DNA of 64,000 bases from Lingula anatina. Its lineage: Eukaryota > Animalia > Brachiopoda. Below, piece after piece: positions 1 to 13,300 of this stretch. Positions within the stretch are counted from its first letter, which is position 1. Every line of letters begins with the position of its first letter. Position numbers and translations under genes: made by a program. Under the pieces are notes generated by a model. That model did no database searches. It saw nothing but the letters and a program-made list of their open reading frames with translations, and was not told where the DNA came from. Where the stretch lies: positions 33,108,001 through 33,172,000 of the forward strand of contig CM120642.1 of assembly GCA_051362555.1 (NCBI GenBank), written 5' to 3'.

Positions 1-112
1 GTATTAAAAAAAAGAATTATGTCGCTTTCTTGAAATTGGTCAATGCTATCATGATGATAATTTTAAAAGGAGTTGTGTCCTTTAAAACTATTTGTTTTAT
101 CAAATTCTCCAG

Positions 113-3100
113 AGTAAAGTCTCCAAAAGAATAATCCCTATGGCGGTGATGAAGAATGTGGAGAACGATGTCAGGGTAGGTACAGTTACAACAACATTAT
201 TGTCTAAAGAGGTACATTAGTCTCTTTTCTAAAAACATCATACCCTTCATCTTGCAATTTAATGTAAAACATGGGAGTGAAGAATAGATCTCTCAGATAT
301 CAGATAGACATCATATTTTGAAAATAAAAATATTTGGTATGAACGGACAGTCATTGTCAGTCTTGAATAAGTCTCTGTTATAAAGTAATGGAGAATGACA
401 GCAGAGTCACATACCTGTGCTATGTTTTATATGATCTGATGTTTGTATATAGTTATTGGTCTGTTGAGGAAGTATTGAACCAAGTTTTATTGCTACAACT
501 GGACTGAAATTGGGACAAAAATATCTCTGGTTTAAGTTTGACCTGATTTGAATGATATTTGATGTTTATCTCCTGAACTCCAATACTTCCATTTGAGATA
601 AATTTCATATAGTATAATAATAATATATTATAGACTGTTAGATAAGGTGAGTTTTACAACTAATTGTTATTGATATATTGTATCCCAACTTGATAATCAA
701 TCATATTTCTGAAGCTTAAGACATGAGGGGTGGAAGAGGTAAGTCTTAGATGTATAGGTGTTGTAACAATGGCTTTATGAATTAAAATTCTTATTTCTTT
801 TTATTTTCATTCATTGGTAGTATAAAAATTACTTTTAAAGGTATCTCCTGATATGTGCAATTTAAGTGATCACCTACATTACACTGGATAACCATAAAGT
901 CTGTAAACTTCATGGCAGTCTGTGCTCACTGGCGTCTTGGTGGTTAACTTTATGTTTATTATATTCCTTGAGTATATAAAAAAAAACTGACCTTAAGCCT
1001 TTGGTTTACTTCATGACAAGCTAGACAGTTTGTCTTTATCGACACTAGTGTCACTTCTTGGTACAATGAAGGATAGAGGTGACGGCTCTCACAGGATGTA
1101 TTGTAAAGCTGGGATGTGATTAAGTGCCGTAATTGCTTTCTCATGACATTGTGTACTGCAATACCTGATGATTGTTGAGCTGTTGCTCTTGGTTTTGTCT
1201 TTTCTTAAATTGATAGATGTTCAAGTTTGTTCATTTGTAGTTGGTGTGCCAGATACCAAGTTAAATCACCATTTGATTAAATTGAAGTGCAAATATACCA
1301 AAGTGTTGAAGTAATTTGTAAAAAAAATGTTTTTGCTATTAGTACATTTATAGTATTTAGGTCAGTTTTAAAGACATTTGCATTATAAACTATTTATGTT
1401 TTCAGGCAAATATTTTGGGAATTGCTGCCTAGAAGGTGTTTCTTGCGATTTTTGGAAGTAAGAAGTGTTTAAAAGAACTCATTTCATTTCTCATTATACT
1501 TCCAGCCAGGAGAGTCAAAGCAGTATCGTTTCAAGCTCTTTACTCTTGACCGTGTCTTCATCTTTGCTGCTGAGGATTTAGGTAAGTTAAAAAAATAACC
1601 AAAATATAATCACTATTTTAAAAAAGTAAAATGATATCTGTAGCATTTTATCTTCATTATGACTTGTTGCACCATTAGCTGGTGTTTCAAGTATTTTGGC
1701 AGCGAAGATGTTTTCTGTGGAAGCAGCTGCTGAGAAAGTTTTGCCTCAAAGGATGACTAAAGGTGTTTTACTTGAGAGGCAGTCCTTATTACCTGTCAAA
1801 CAGAAAAATAATGTGTGTGTGTATAACAAAATGACAAATATGTGGTGATTACAACAAGAAGAAAAAGATGCAATTCATAAAAATGACTTTTCTATACACA
1901 CTGGGAGTTTAAATCCTGTTTGAAGAGTTAACACAAAAAGTGTTTTTTGTCACCTGGCATTGTTGTTGTCCACATGAACATTTTTTTTTTTTGTTTTTTG
2001 TTTTTTTTTTTTTTTTTGCATATAAGAAAAAAATACTGTATCTACATAGAACTGAGACCATTATTTTTTTATTCTAGATGACTTGACCTATTGGAGCAGT
2101 ACATTATTACAGGCCATTATAAAATACAAGGTGAGGTATCATAGTGTAGGTACAGTGATCTTATCTTGGTATTGAGGTCGCAACAGAGTTATTTTGTTTG
2201 TTTTGTTTTTGCATGAACTTTTAAGTTTTAGACTGAGTTCCAATACCTAGATCTATCTAACAGCATCGACTCATCTTTGAGGGGTTTATGGCTTTCATCT
2301 TAAGCAACTTAGATGTCTGGCACGCCTAATGAAACTTCTAAAGGATAATTAATTACCCCCTAACAGCTTCAGTAAGTGTGACAGACATCTAAGCCACTTA
2401 AGTTGATTGCATTTTAGCGAGAATCTCCTTGGAGTTAGATCTATCCACAGTTAGTATGATAGGGTCTGGGAATGGTCCCTTATTTAGTTCTGGGATTATT
2501 AGATTGCATTCTGTATTAATTGTGTAATATATATAATTATTGTGGTTGTAATTAGATGTCATATATTGTAGGATGTGGAGTGTAACATGTTGATACCAGG
2601 TGGAGACATGGCTGGACCTGACAAGGAAGGATTCCTGAAGATGGACGGAACCAAGGGCAAATGTTACATTGCCATCAAAGGAGACAAGCTCTGCTATTAT
2701 AACAATTATGATGTGAGTAAAGCACATTGAAATTTAAAATGATGATGGATAGGATAATACATACTTTACCTTGGTGTTATAAACCTCTTGCAAATTGCAG
2801 TTTGGATATGGACAAGATTTTTTTCTCTGAAATATCTTAGAAATGTTAGTTAAAAAAATACTTGAAAACAAAAGAAACTTAACCAGCTAAACAAATCACC
2901 ACCACAACAGATGTCATGTTAATTATTCAAAACAGATATTATTTAAGATTATTCCATTTTTGTACCTTTTCAGGATTTTAAAGTGGCATCTCCGATTCAT
3001 GAAATAGAAATGCAGCTTGCTTCTGTCAAAGATGCTGGCAAAAACAAAATACAGCTCATTACAAACTATCATTCTTTTCTGTGAGTATATTTCTTGCTAC

Positions 3101-6100
3101 ATTCTGTTATCATTATTATTAATGTATTGGACTGTATTGCATTAAATAAAATTTTACAAGAATAAAATGGCTGTCTGATTACACATTTTTTCAATGTAAC
3201 TGTATTTTTCAGTTTGGTGAAAAAATGGAACTTAATGCTAAGAATAAATGTGCCATCACACCAATGTAATGGTGACTGTATGAATAAAATTAATCCGTGT
3301 CCACTTCCAGGTTTACCTGTGACAGCGTTCAGGACTTCCAACAATGGCGGGAGGCTATGGAGGAAGCCATCGCTGAAGGCCTGTCGGACGATACGGTAAC
3401 TTTGTCTTAATACTTATGTTGTCACTTACTTTATTATACTGGCATTGTAATATAATGATATTATCAGTGTCATTGTCAGTGTCAAGATATTACAGTTGTG
3501 GTGTTAATCTGTTGCTGTTTTGCTGTTACTGTCATACCATTATAACTATGCTGCATTTGAATAATATTGTCCATTGTTTGAATACCCTTCAAGATATTAT
3601 TTATATTTTCTAACATTTTGATGTGTCATTTTGCAGCAGTCTTTGCTTTTGAGACATCTCATAATACTGATGTGTATTCAGGAATTCCAACTCCTATAGT
3701 ACTGTATCTGATTTCTGACCTAGGTTTTAAAGCAAGTCTATGAGAACAGAAGTAACAAGCAGTGTGCAGACTGTAGTGCCCCCGAGCCACACTGGGCGTC
3801 CATTAATCTGGGGATAACACTGTGCAAGAGCTGCTCAGGTAGGTGTCTCTTTGGATTAAATACAACAACACAGTTCATGTTAGTTTCAGATTCAGATTGT
3901 TTTTCTTGGCACTTTCCAACTTCACCAAGCAGCCTCAGACACAGTTGTAAGGTCACCGAGCCATTTCTTCCCCCTTTCATTACAACCCAAAACCATGTGT
4001 GTACTGCATTACCAAAGAGGATAGTTTGCTTCTGTTAAACTCCATTGTCTTCTCAGATGTACAAGATAAAAAGTAATTGTAACATGTGTTTGACATTGAG
4101 GGATGGAAGTTTTCAGTTTATGTTCTGAATCCACTTCCAGGAGTACACAGACACCTGGGCACTTCCGTCTCCAAGGTGCGGTCACTACGGATGGATCACA
4201 AGGTGTGGTCCACCTCACTGGTCAAGGTGAGTGTTATTACCTAGAATATGGTGTGACAGCTGTCCCGTGGTGAGAGATCTGTGATGGTAGAAATATGTCT
4301 GTTTAAAACCAAAATCGCTCTTATGATTAAAATCTGAAAAATCTGGCCATCCAAAACTGAAATCCAGGGTCCAGAAGACGGTTGGATAGTTGTGCATGGA
4401 GCTTATAATCATGTGTACAGGGGTAGGTGTGTGGAACTATTTCAAAATGTACATAGACATGCACAACCTTTAGACAAGTACATGAATACTAACAAGATCA
4501 GCCAGATAACTGTTTGGTCTTTGAGGTATATCCACTTATTTTTATACCCCAAATATGGCACACCAGTGAGTGAAAGAACCACAGTCACTGGTAGTAGATT
4601 TGGTGAACTTTACCTCTTGGCTGTAGGTGCAAATGTGATTTTTTCCCTCTGAAATCTGTAGTTTGATTGTGATTACAGATGTTCCAGGCAATAGGAAATG
4701 ATAATTCCAATGATTTCTGGGAGTGGAAGTTACCACTGGAGGATAAACTGGAACCAGATGTAGATACGTAAGTGTAGAAAAAAAATAATGTTCACTTTCA
4801 TTTATTTTTTCATTAAATATCGATGTTTTGAAGGATTTGAGTTTCTCTGAGGTGTAACTAAAAACGCCATGTTTGGTTTCAGGCAAACAAGACAGACATT
4901 CATCATGAGCAAATATCAGAGTAAAATGTACTGCAAGGACCATGCACTGCAGGGGAAACAAGAATCCTTGAATGAGGTAGCTTAACAGACAATTAGTGAA
5001 CTTTTATCAGTATTACTTTGGATATTTTAACTTTGGGTCATGGTCAAAATGACAAATAAGACTTCTGTTTTATTGTACTGTTATGGAATAGTTTTGTTTC
5101 ATATTGGAGCTAGTTGGGGCAGACTTCTGCTTGGCATTAAGAACCCTGTGCCAAGTAAAAAGCATACGTTTCCTGTATTGTTTTACCATACAGTTATAGA
5201 AGTTTGATGATATAGAAATGATAATACTGATATCTTCCAGTCCCTGTGTCGGTCAGTTCAGAGAGATGATATCATGGAGACAGTTTCCCTGCTCTTCCAC
5301 GGGGCTGAGGTAAGTTAGAATCAACAAGGGTTGATTTTACAGCTATGTTTTAGTCTCATGCTTTTTTATAGCACCATAAGTTATTTAAAAATCATTGCTC
5401 ACAACATATCACATCCTTAGATATAAACCATTTTTTAAATATATTTTACAAACCTGACTCCCATACCAGCTTAAAACCAGACTTCATTGAAAGCTAAATC
5501 CACGGAATAAAGTAGTTCTGTATTATATACACGCACATCCACTCATTTCACTTCAAGAGAGGGAAATATAAACAGTATTATCATTTTGAAATTATAGATT
5601 TTACTAAAAAGTAATATTGCCTGTAGTATTTGATTTAGGATATAGGAATTAGAAGTAAATTTCCCTATTTGTTATTCTTTCCTAGGCTTTCTTTCTGTGT
5701 ATAATGGAAATAATTTTCAATTAAAATAAACGTTATTTGATTAATGAATTGTACATTTTCCCTTTTTATATTTGTATAGACAACCCATGAGTCAAGCTGT
5801 ATATATTTTGGGACTCCTAGCCTTACACGTAAGTGAGGACTATAGCTTTGATGTAACTACAAACTTGAAAGACTTGAAAATCTAATGAGTGAGTTAATAT
5901 TACTGCAGTCCATCTGTAAGCAGCCATCTTCATCTGTGCTTTTTGAATTTGCAGTTGATATAAAATTAGAATTTCTGTCTAAAAATTCACAAGACACAGT
6001 TACAAGTAGAGTAGAATTTGTGGTGGAATGATTATCAAGTTGACAAAATGATGTTTTCATAAAAAGAAAAGAAAGTGAGAAAAAGATTGTAATTTGATTA

Positions 6101-7309
6101 AATAATTAACAGCTGAACATTATTGTCTGTATTACAGCTGTGCAACTGGCCAAGCTGGCAAAGCAGACAGTGCAGTTGGTGAGTATCACATACAGAGCAC
6201 ACTACATATGCTGTGGTTTGTATTCTCTTTGTGTTAGGAGGACATTAACTCAGATTTCAAATTGGTTTTAAAAAAAAAAGATTTCAAATTGGTTCAGCAA
6301 ATGAATGATATGTCCCACAGGCAAGAATATATCAACTTCTACCTTTTCCCATAAACTGATCAGAAGATATCAAGTACATTTTTTCTCCTTAAATGCCAGA
6401 TGTTCTTGAGGTCTTTTTTGTGATAAGATGATTGAACGAACCATTAGAAAATTTTTGAAAGATGTTTTGTATTTTTGCAGGAGTTTTTATATCAGAATGG
6501 TGCAGATGGTATGAATGGCAGTGGCAGTGGGAGTTTCTCAGTAAGTAGAATATTTGTTTTGCTGTAAGTATATGGAATACTTTTTCAAGTTGAGCATGTA
6601 GCTAAAAACTAAAGATTTTTTCAAAAATTTTTCATCTCAAAAATTAAGTTCTGCGTAAGCTATTGATTTGAAATTGAAGTGAAATCTTTACAACATGTAA
6701 CTTGATTATGCAATGATTGTGTATTTTTACCTTAAACATGATATTTATATTAGATATTACATTTCATTCAAACTATGAACTTTTGTTTTCTCTTCGTAGG
6801 GTGCTAGTGTATCTCGAAGAAACATTTCTTTTAAAGGTTATTTATATAAAACTGGGAGCAATCAGAAAGGTAGGAGGCCATGTTTTATTTCACATCTTAT
6901 ACTGTATGTAGTTTTTACGTATATATGTAGAGTGTGCTGTGTATTTTAGGGAGCAGAAATGACTGTAAAAAGAAAATTAGATATTGTGGTATAAAAAGTG
7001 CACTGTTTAGTTGAGAAGGATGTTTGCTGTCAGTGAACTTATTAACTCATGAGTTTTTTGTAATTGGACGTAAACTGTTCTATCTGAAGGTATTATTTGA
7101 AAATTTATTTAAAATTTTAAAACTGATTTTAAACAAAATATTTCCAGAATTCCTCAAGAGGTGGTGTGTGCTGGAGAACGGAACTCTCAGCTACTTTGCC
7201 GACCAGAAGGTGAGACTGGGGAAAAGAAAAAAAGTTATTGGATGTACTTTAAAGAATAAAAATGAATTAATGATGTAAACATTTTTGGATCAGTCACATT
7301 AGGTGGTTT

Positions 7310-7360
<51 letters not shown>

Positions 7361-10300
7361 TTATTGCACCAGTTTTTATCAAGAATAGTGGAAATGGAAT
7401 ACCATTTATCCAATTGTGTATGTGTTTATACTACTTTTTACTTAATTTCAGGCCATTGTAGCCAAAGATACCATAGAAGTTAAGGACATCATGTCTGTTA
7501 ACAGAACCACTAATGAAAAGTGAGTAAATCTGGAAATAGAAATAATGCAGATTATCTGACATTTTATAAGATCTTTTCCCTTGCAAGATTTTTTTATTTT
7601 AGTTCTGTAAAATTTCTTTGGAAAGATGTCAAATAATGAATTCACATTAAGTATGTTTTTAGATATGTCGAATAATACATAGAATACACCATGATTAAAA
7701 TTTTTAGAAAAAAAAAATCCACTTCCTATGCCAGTGTGTGTAGAATTTAGAATTCTATATCAGGGATTATACCTTTTAGTCATCATTGGTTTTCACTATG
7801 GTAACTCCCCGCTTCTCTCATCACAGAAGTCATCATAAAAGTCATCTTATCTCCAGATATGAGCATTCCTTTGAGGTGTGTACCACCAAGTCTGGTGGCA
7901 GAGTTTATCTGTTTGCCACGGACTCTGAAGAAGAAATATCAGAGTGGATTACTAACATAGCAAAAGTAAGAACTGTCACAAACAAATGTTGCTTTTATAT
8001 TTATATTTATATTTCTGCTATTTCTGCTATTATTTAGGAATGGAAAATTAAATCAAATACTGGAGAGGATGTTAGTGTATAATTTGACATACATACCAAG
8101 AAAAGTACTCTCTTTCACAGAAAAGCGGAAAACTGAATAAATCTTATATCTTAGTATAATTTATGTAAAACTGAGTAAAACGTATATCACTACAGTCACA
8201 TAACATCTCTAGGTATGTATGAGGTATGAAACATATGACATAGTCAGCAGTTGTTGATATCAGTGTTGTTTTTTCTTCCACCATGACAGAGTTGCGTGCC
8301 ATATACTGCCATAGACGAAGTTCAGCCTTTCTACGCTGCTGGTTGGATGTTTATCAGAGAGGGTGCCACAGGAGTAAGTCACGTGATATTGTTCTTAAGC
8401 TCCTGATTTTTTAATAAAGTCAAGATTAAAAAAAAAAAATTACACTGATTTATTTTTGCATCAAAATTATTTGGGGTGTTTCATCTGATACTGTTCTTAA
8501 AAATAAATAAATAAAAATAAAGCGTCATTCTCTTCCATCTCTAGAAGTAGCAATCATTTCAGGTTTGCTGTATTGTATACGATGCATTGGATAGATGATA
8601 CCTAGTTGTGAACCAGTGTTATACTTTATTTTCTATGTATTACCTTGATTTGCCCAGTTGTTATGAATAACATTATTATTAAAAAACAGTATTAAGAGAT
8701 ATTCCTATATTTCAGGACTGGAGGAAGACGTGGATCCAGCTTAAGGAGAGACAGCTGGCCTTATTTGTAGAGGTAAGTAGGAGTACATAAGTTCATTATT
8801 TATGTAGTTGGATCATAGTCACTGTTTTCCAATAGCCTCAAAAAAGGTGGGGAAAAAGAACTCCCACAAGTCAACATTTCAATGGCTAACAGGGGGCTGA
8901 AAGAGTTGTTAACTAGCACCACCATCAGGATGGACGGTCTGCAAATCAAAGTAATGACTTATGATCAGTTTTCATCTATAATCGTCTTTTCAAAGCTATT
9001 GAAAAAAATTAAGTGTGTCTATGAAAAGAAGTACAGTTGTATTTTAATGCCCCATTCACTCTTGGATTTCAGAAAATTCTAATTGTGTGCCTGTCTGAAA
9101 ATATTCAACTTCATGATAAGCATTATTTGTAATATTTGCAGATTTGTTTTTCATGTTCAAGTTGAATAATTGCTGTTTCATCAATGAAATGATTAAAAAT
9201 TATGATAGGAACGTCTGTAACTCAGTATCCATGTGCTGTATCCATAGTTGTAATATTCTTTCAGCATGAGATGGAGTCCAGTTATGTAGACTTGAGGAAA
9301 GCTGTGGGATTAAGTAAGTTGTAGAGAATATATAATAGAAATTGAATTAGTTCTAGACTTTGTCTACCATTAGTTATGACAGATTTTATTTCTTTTTAGC
9401 AAAAGTTTATTTCCTTTGAAATGCAGTTATAACATTGTAATATTCTTGTCATCTTAAGGTATTAATTGGGTCTCCAAGTCCAGTGGAGAAGTAATGTTGC
9501 TATAAACATGGCATGTGTAATCTTTTGTTTTATAATAAAACATTTTACTGTTAAGAACAGTGGATCACAGCATGTAAAGAGTGTTATTTGATGTTTCAGA
9601 GGAGCAGGAGGGAACTTGCAATGAATCATATGAAAATGGAATGATGTTCGTAGTTGACTGGCCAGGGAGGTAGATAGCTTTTGTGTATTGGTCTAGATAT
9701 TATACAAAATAATATTATACAAGAAATAAATCGTTAATCAATGTGGTGTTGCATTTGATTTTGCAATTGCTCAAAATGAGGACTGTAGATGAAGTGTGAC
9801 ATATTTCCTGTCACCATGGAGATAGAGTTCACCATGGAAATGGAGTTAAAATAAAAACCTAGCAACTGCATGGGTGCTACTGTATTTCTTCATCATGGCT
9901 GTTTCTTATGACTAAAATGTTTGTATCCTAGAAAATAAATTGGCTTGCAAATTTGCAGTCATGAGCTGTTCATTAATCCTATTTCATCTGTATCTTGAGC
10001 ACTAATGTCCATGTTCTCCTATCTCTCTTCAGAGCCCTCTATTTCCAAGCAGACATGAAGAAGGATACAGAAAGCTGGTGGAAGATTATACACTCTGCAG
10101 CCACTGTGAGTCTTAGAACACTGGAAATAGTCCCTTGATTTTAAGATTGATATTAAATTAATATAATTTATAGTATTGCCTGCTTCTTATAATTATGCAT
10201 GAACTTTGTCTTAACAGTTTTGAAAGAAAATCTTAGTATATGTATTCTTTACCAAAGAGGAACAGGTTTATTGGACTGTGGACTTTTGTTTATATATATA

Positions 10301-13300
10301 TATATATATATAAATTCATTGAATATCCATGTTCCAGGAGAGTGGCCCCAAACTGGATGAGCAACAGTTGACCCAAGAGGACATCCCAGTGATTGTGGAC
10401 AAGTGTATCAAATTCATCTCAGCTCATGGTATTAGGCACTCAGCTACCTTGCTTAATGTTTTAAAATATTAATTTTAGCTAAAGGAAAAGAAAAATATTT
10501 GATTGATTCAATATTTTTCTAATTTAGGACATATTTGGTACAAAAATCAGTAGTTTGGCCGTGAGAAAAATGTCATTTTTATATCAGTCCATGGCAGCAC
10601 ACTTCATCTCATGCTGTGTCATAAGTATTTTTTAACAGAAGTGAACTTTACCTTGGTTAAAAACATTTTGATTGTTTGATTATGTTGCTCCATTGTACGA
10701 CACTTCAGGTGTTTAACTATTGTGTTTGGCAAAGAGAACTATCCTGTATCTATTTTCTGTATCCATATCCTGTATCCATATTATGTATCCATATCCTGTA
10801 TCCATATCCTTTATCTATATCTTGTATCCATATTCCAGGCACAACTACAGAGGGTATATACAGGTTGAATGGCACGCATTCCAAGGTGGCGCATCTATTA
10901 GAGGCGTTCAGAGAAGGTATCTATTGGGGCTTGATATTCTGACATATACTTAAAGAATCTGTGTTTAATAGGCATCATCTTGCTTATTATTTTCATAGTT
11001 GGTTAAGAGGTACATGTAGAACTGTTGAATATTATATCAAAGATGAATTTCTTTGTACTGAAGAAAGATTTTAAATGTTGTCTTAGGTATTTATCTTCAA
11101 TCTTCTGTATTGAAATGAATTTTTTTTCATTTAAAAATAAAAGTAAAGAACATTAATACGTCTTAGGGTGTTACTAAGGTTTTCTTATCCACATGTCTCT
11201 AGATAAGTTGTGGTGATTATAGATCTATTCTCTTATAATGTACAAACAATCTTTTGAATTGAAAATTTAGTGTAGGTTGTTAGAACCAACAGCACAGTAA
11301 GGGCCATTTCAGATAATTAGACTTAAATTGTTATGCAAGGAAACAGCAAGAAAATTGAAAGGGTGGAAATAGATAATAATCTGTGACTATATTTTCACTT
11401 CAGATGCTAGATCAGTCCACCTGAAGGCAGATGACTACAGCGTACATGACGTGGCCAATGCACTGAAGAGGTATTTCCGCACTCTGACAGCACCGTTGTT
11501 GACGCGGGACCTTTATCCAAAGTTTGTGGAGACTGCAGGTAAAAAAATGTGTGGAAATTTGAGACATTTCTCAACTTCTAATTGAATATGTGGTTCAATG
11601 ACAGGGTGAATTATCATCTGTTCATTTAATCAATTGAAAATTCAATCTTCATTGTCAGTGATTTATAGACTGCTTGATGTTATTGGAAGTTTGCAGTGTT
11701 AAATGTTTTCTCCATTGGGTATTATGCCTAAAATCTGAGATATTTTTCAATTTATAATTGGTTGATTGATTGTGGAATCAAAAATTATGACTAATATGTT
11801 AATATTGTTAATATGTTGATGGAAGAGTTTGCAGTGCTGCAGGTTACATAGATCATCTCCCAGTCAACGACAACAAGAAAATTAAACCAGCATCTTTACT
11901 CAGTATATCATTTATTATTTCAGCCTACCAGGACCACAACAGCAAGTTACAATGGTACAAGTATCACTTAGGACAGCTTCCCAAGGTGAACTTCAACACT
12001 CTGAAGAAGCTGCTGTTACACCTACAAATGTAAGCCTTGAGACATTTATTTTTGATAAGTTTAGGGAGTTTCCCCTGTATAATCCAGTGATGTAAATCAT
12101 GTCTTTTCAATTTTTTCAATTAATGGATGAATGAATGGATAAAAAACCTTTTTGACAGTTGCATGCAATGTTACATATTTTGAAATACATATTTCTCTGT
12201 TAGTCTTTCAGTAAAACCTTTTCAACCAGTTTGGTAACTTTAAAAGATTGTATTTTTAAATTGTTGTTTCCTAAAGACTGGTCAAATATCAATGAAAAGA
12301 TAACATCCCTGTTGTATTTTGTCTGTTCACAGTATAGCCAAGAACAATGCTGAGAACAAGATGACAGATGTCAACCTGGGGTCCATCTTTGGTCCCGCAC
12401 TGATGACTCTGGACAGTGACCACACGGGACAGAAATATAACACCACCCAGCAGGAGATAGCCACGCTAGTGGACATGATTAGATACTATGACTGGCTGTT
12501 TGATGTAAGTAGAACACTGCACAATGGAAAATAACACTGCACATTGTAAAATAACACTGCACAATGGTAAGATGACATTGCACAATGGAATGTTTATATA
12601 ACACAGTGAGAATCTAACTGTTTACAATAGTAGTATAACATAATAAAACAGCAGTATGTCACCATGCAAAAATCTTAAAACTTTTAATTGTTGTCTTTAC
12701 AGGTAGATAAAGCAACCAAAGAAAAAGAAGAGAAAATAGAAGAAGCCTTGGAGAAGATGAAGAAAGCCCAAGCTCCTCAGGTGAATGATACCTTCAGGGC
12801 CAGATTTATAGCTCAAGATGATGGAAACAAAAACCACTTTGGAATACCATATATTATAGTTTTCTTCTTAATTTTTTTATATTTTTGTCATTTTTGAAGA
12901 ACTACAAAGTTATCTTGAATTAGGTGAGAAAAGAAATTTTTTAATCTGCATATTTCATGTAAAAAAATAATTTTTCAAAAGATATTTCCTAAAATTCTGG
13001 TTTATGAAACTGAGACCTCTAAGCCCCTGGTGAGTGTGACACATCTACTAATTGTTTTCCTGTCCTCGTTGTTCCAGGCCCAGGCAGGTGACTTCATGAT
13101 CCCTATCTACATTGGTGACAAGTCAGGCACTTGTCACATGGTCAAGGTACGGTATCACCTCCACATATTGCTTCTGTTGAGGAATTATTAGACTGATATG
13201 AAATACTCATTTGAAAAATCATTTTAATGAAAAAACTTAGAACAACATAAAACAACAGGAGAATAATTTCTTAGATCCCACAAATAACTTTTTTACACCA

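Noticed and set aside
959-9082. Many 60-140 aa ORFs in the supplied track across the ARAP locus
   Set aside because: They are antisense to or partial read-throughs of real exons, or chance ORFs in introns.
10918-10927. GTATCT donor as a minor (U12) intron
   Set aside because: Does not match GTATCCTT, and no U12 branch-point motif was seen; the same applies to the GTATTC donor at 39679.
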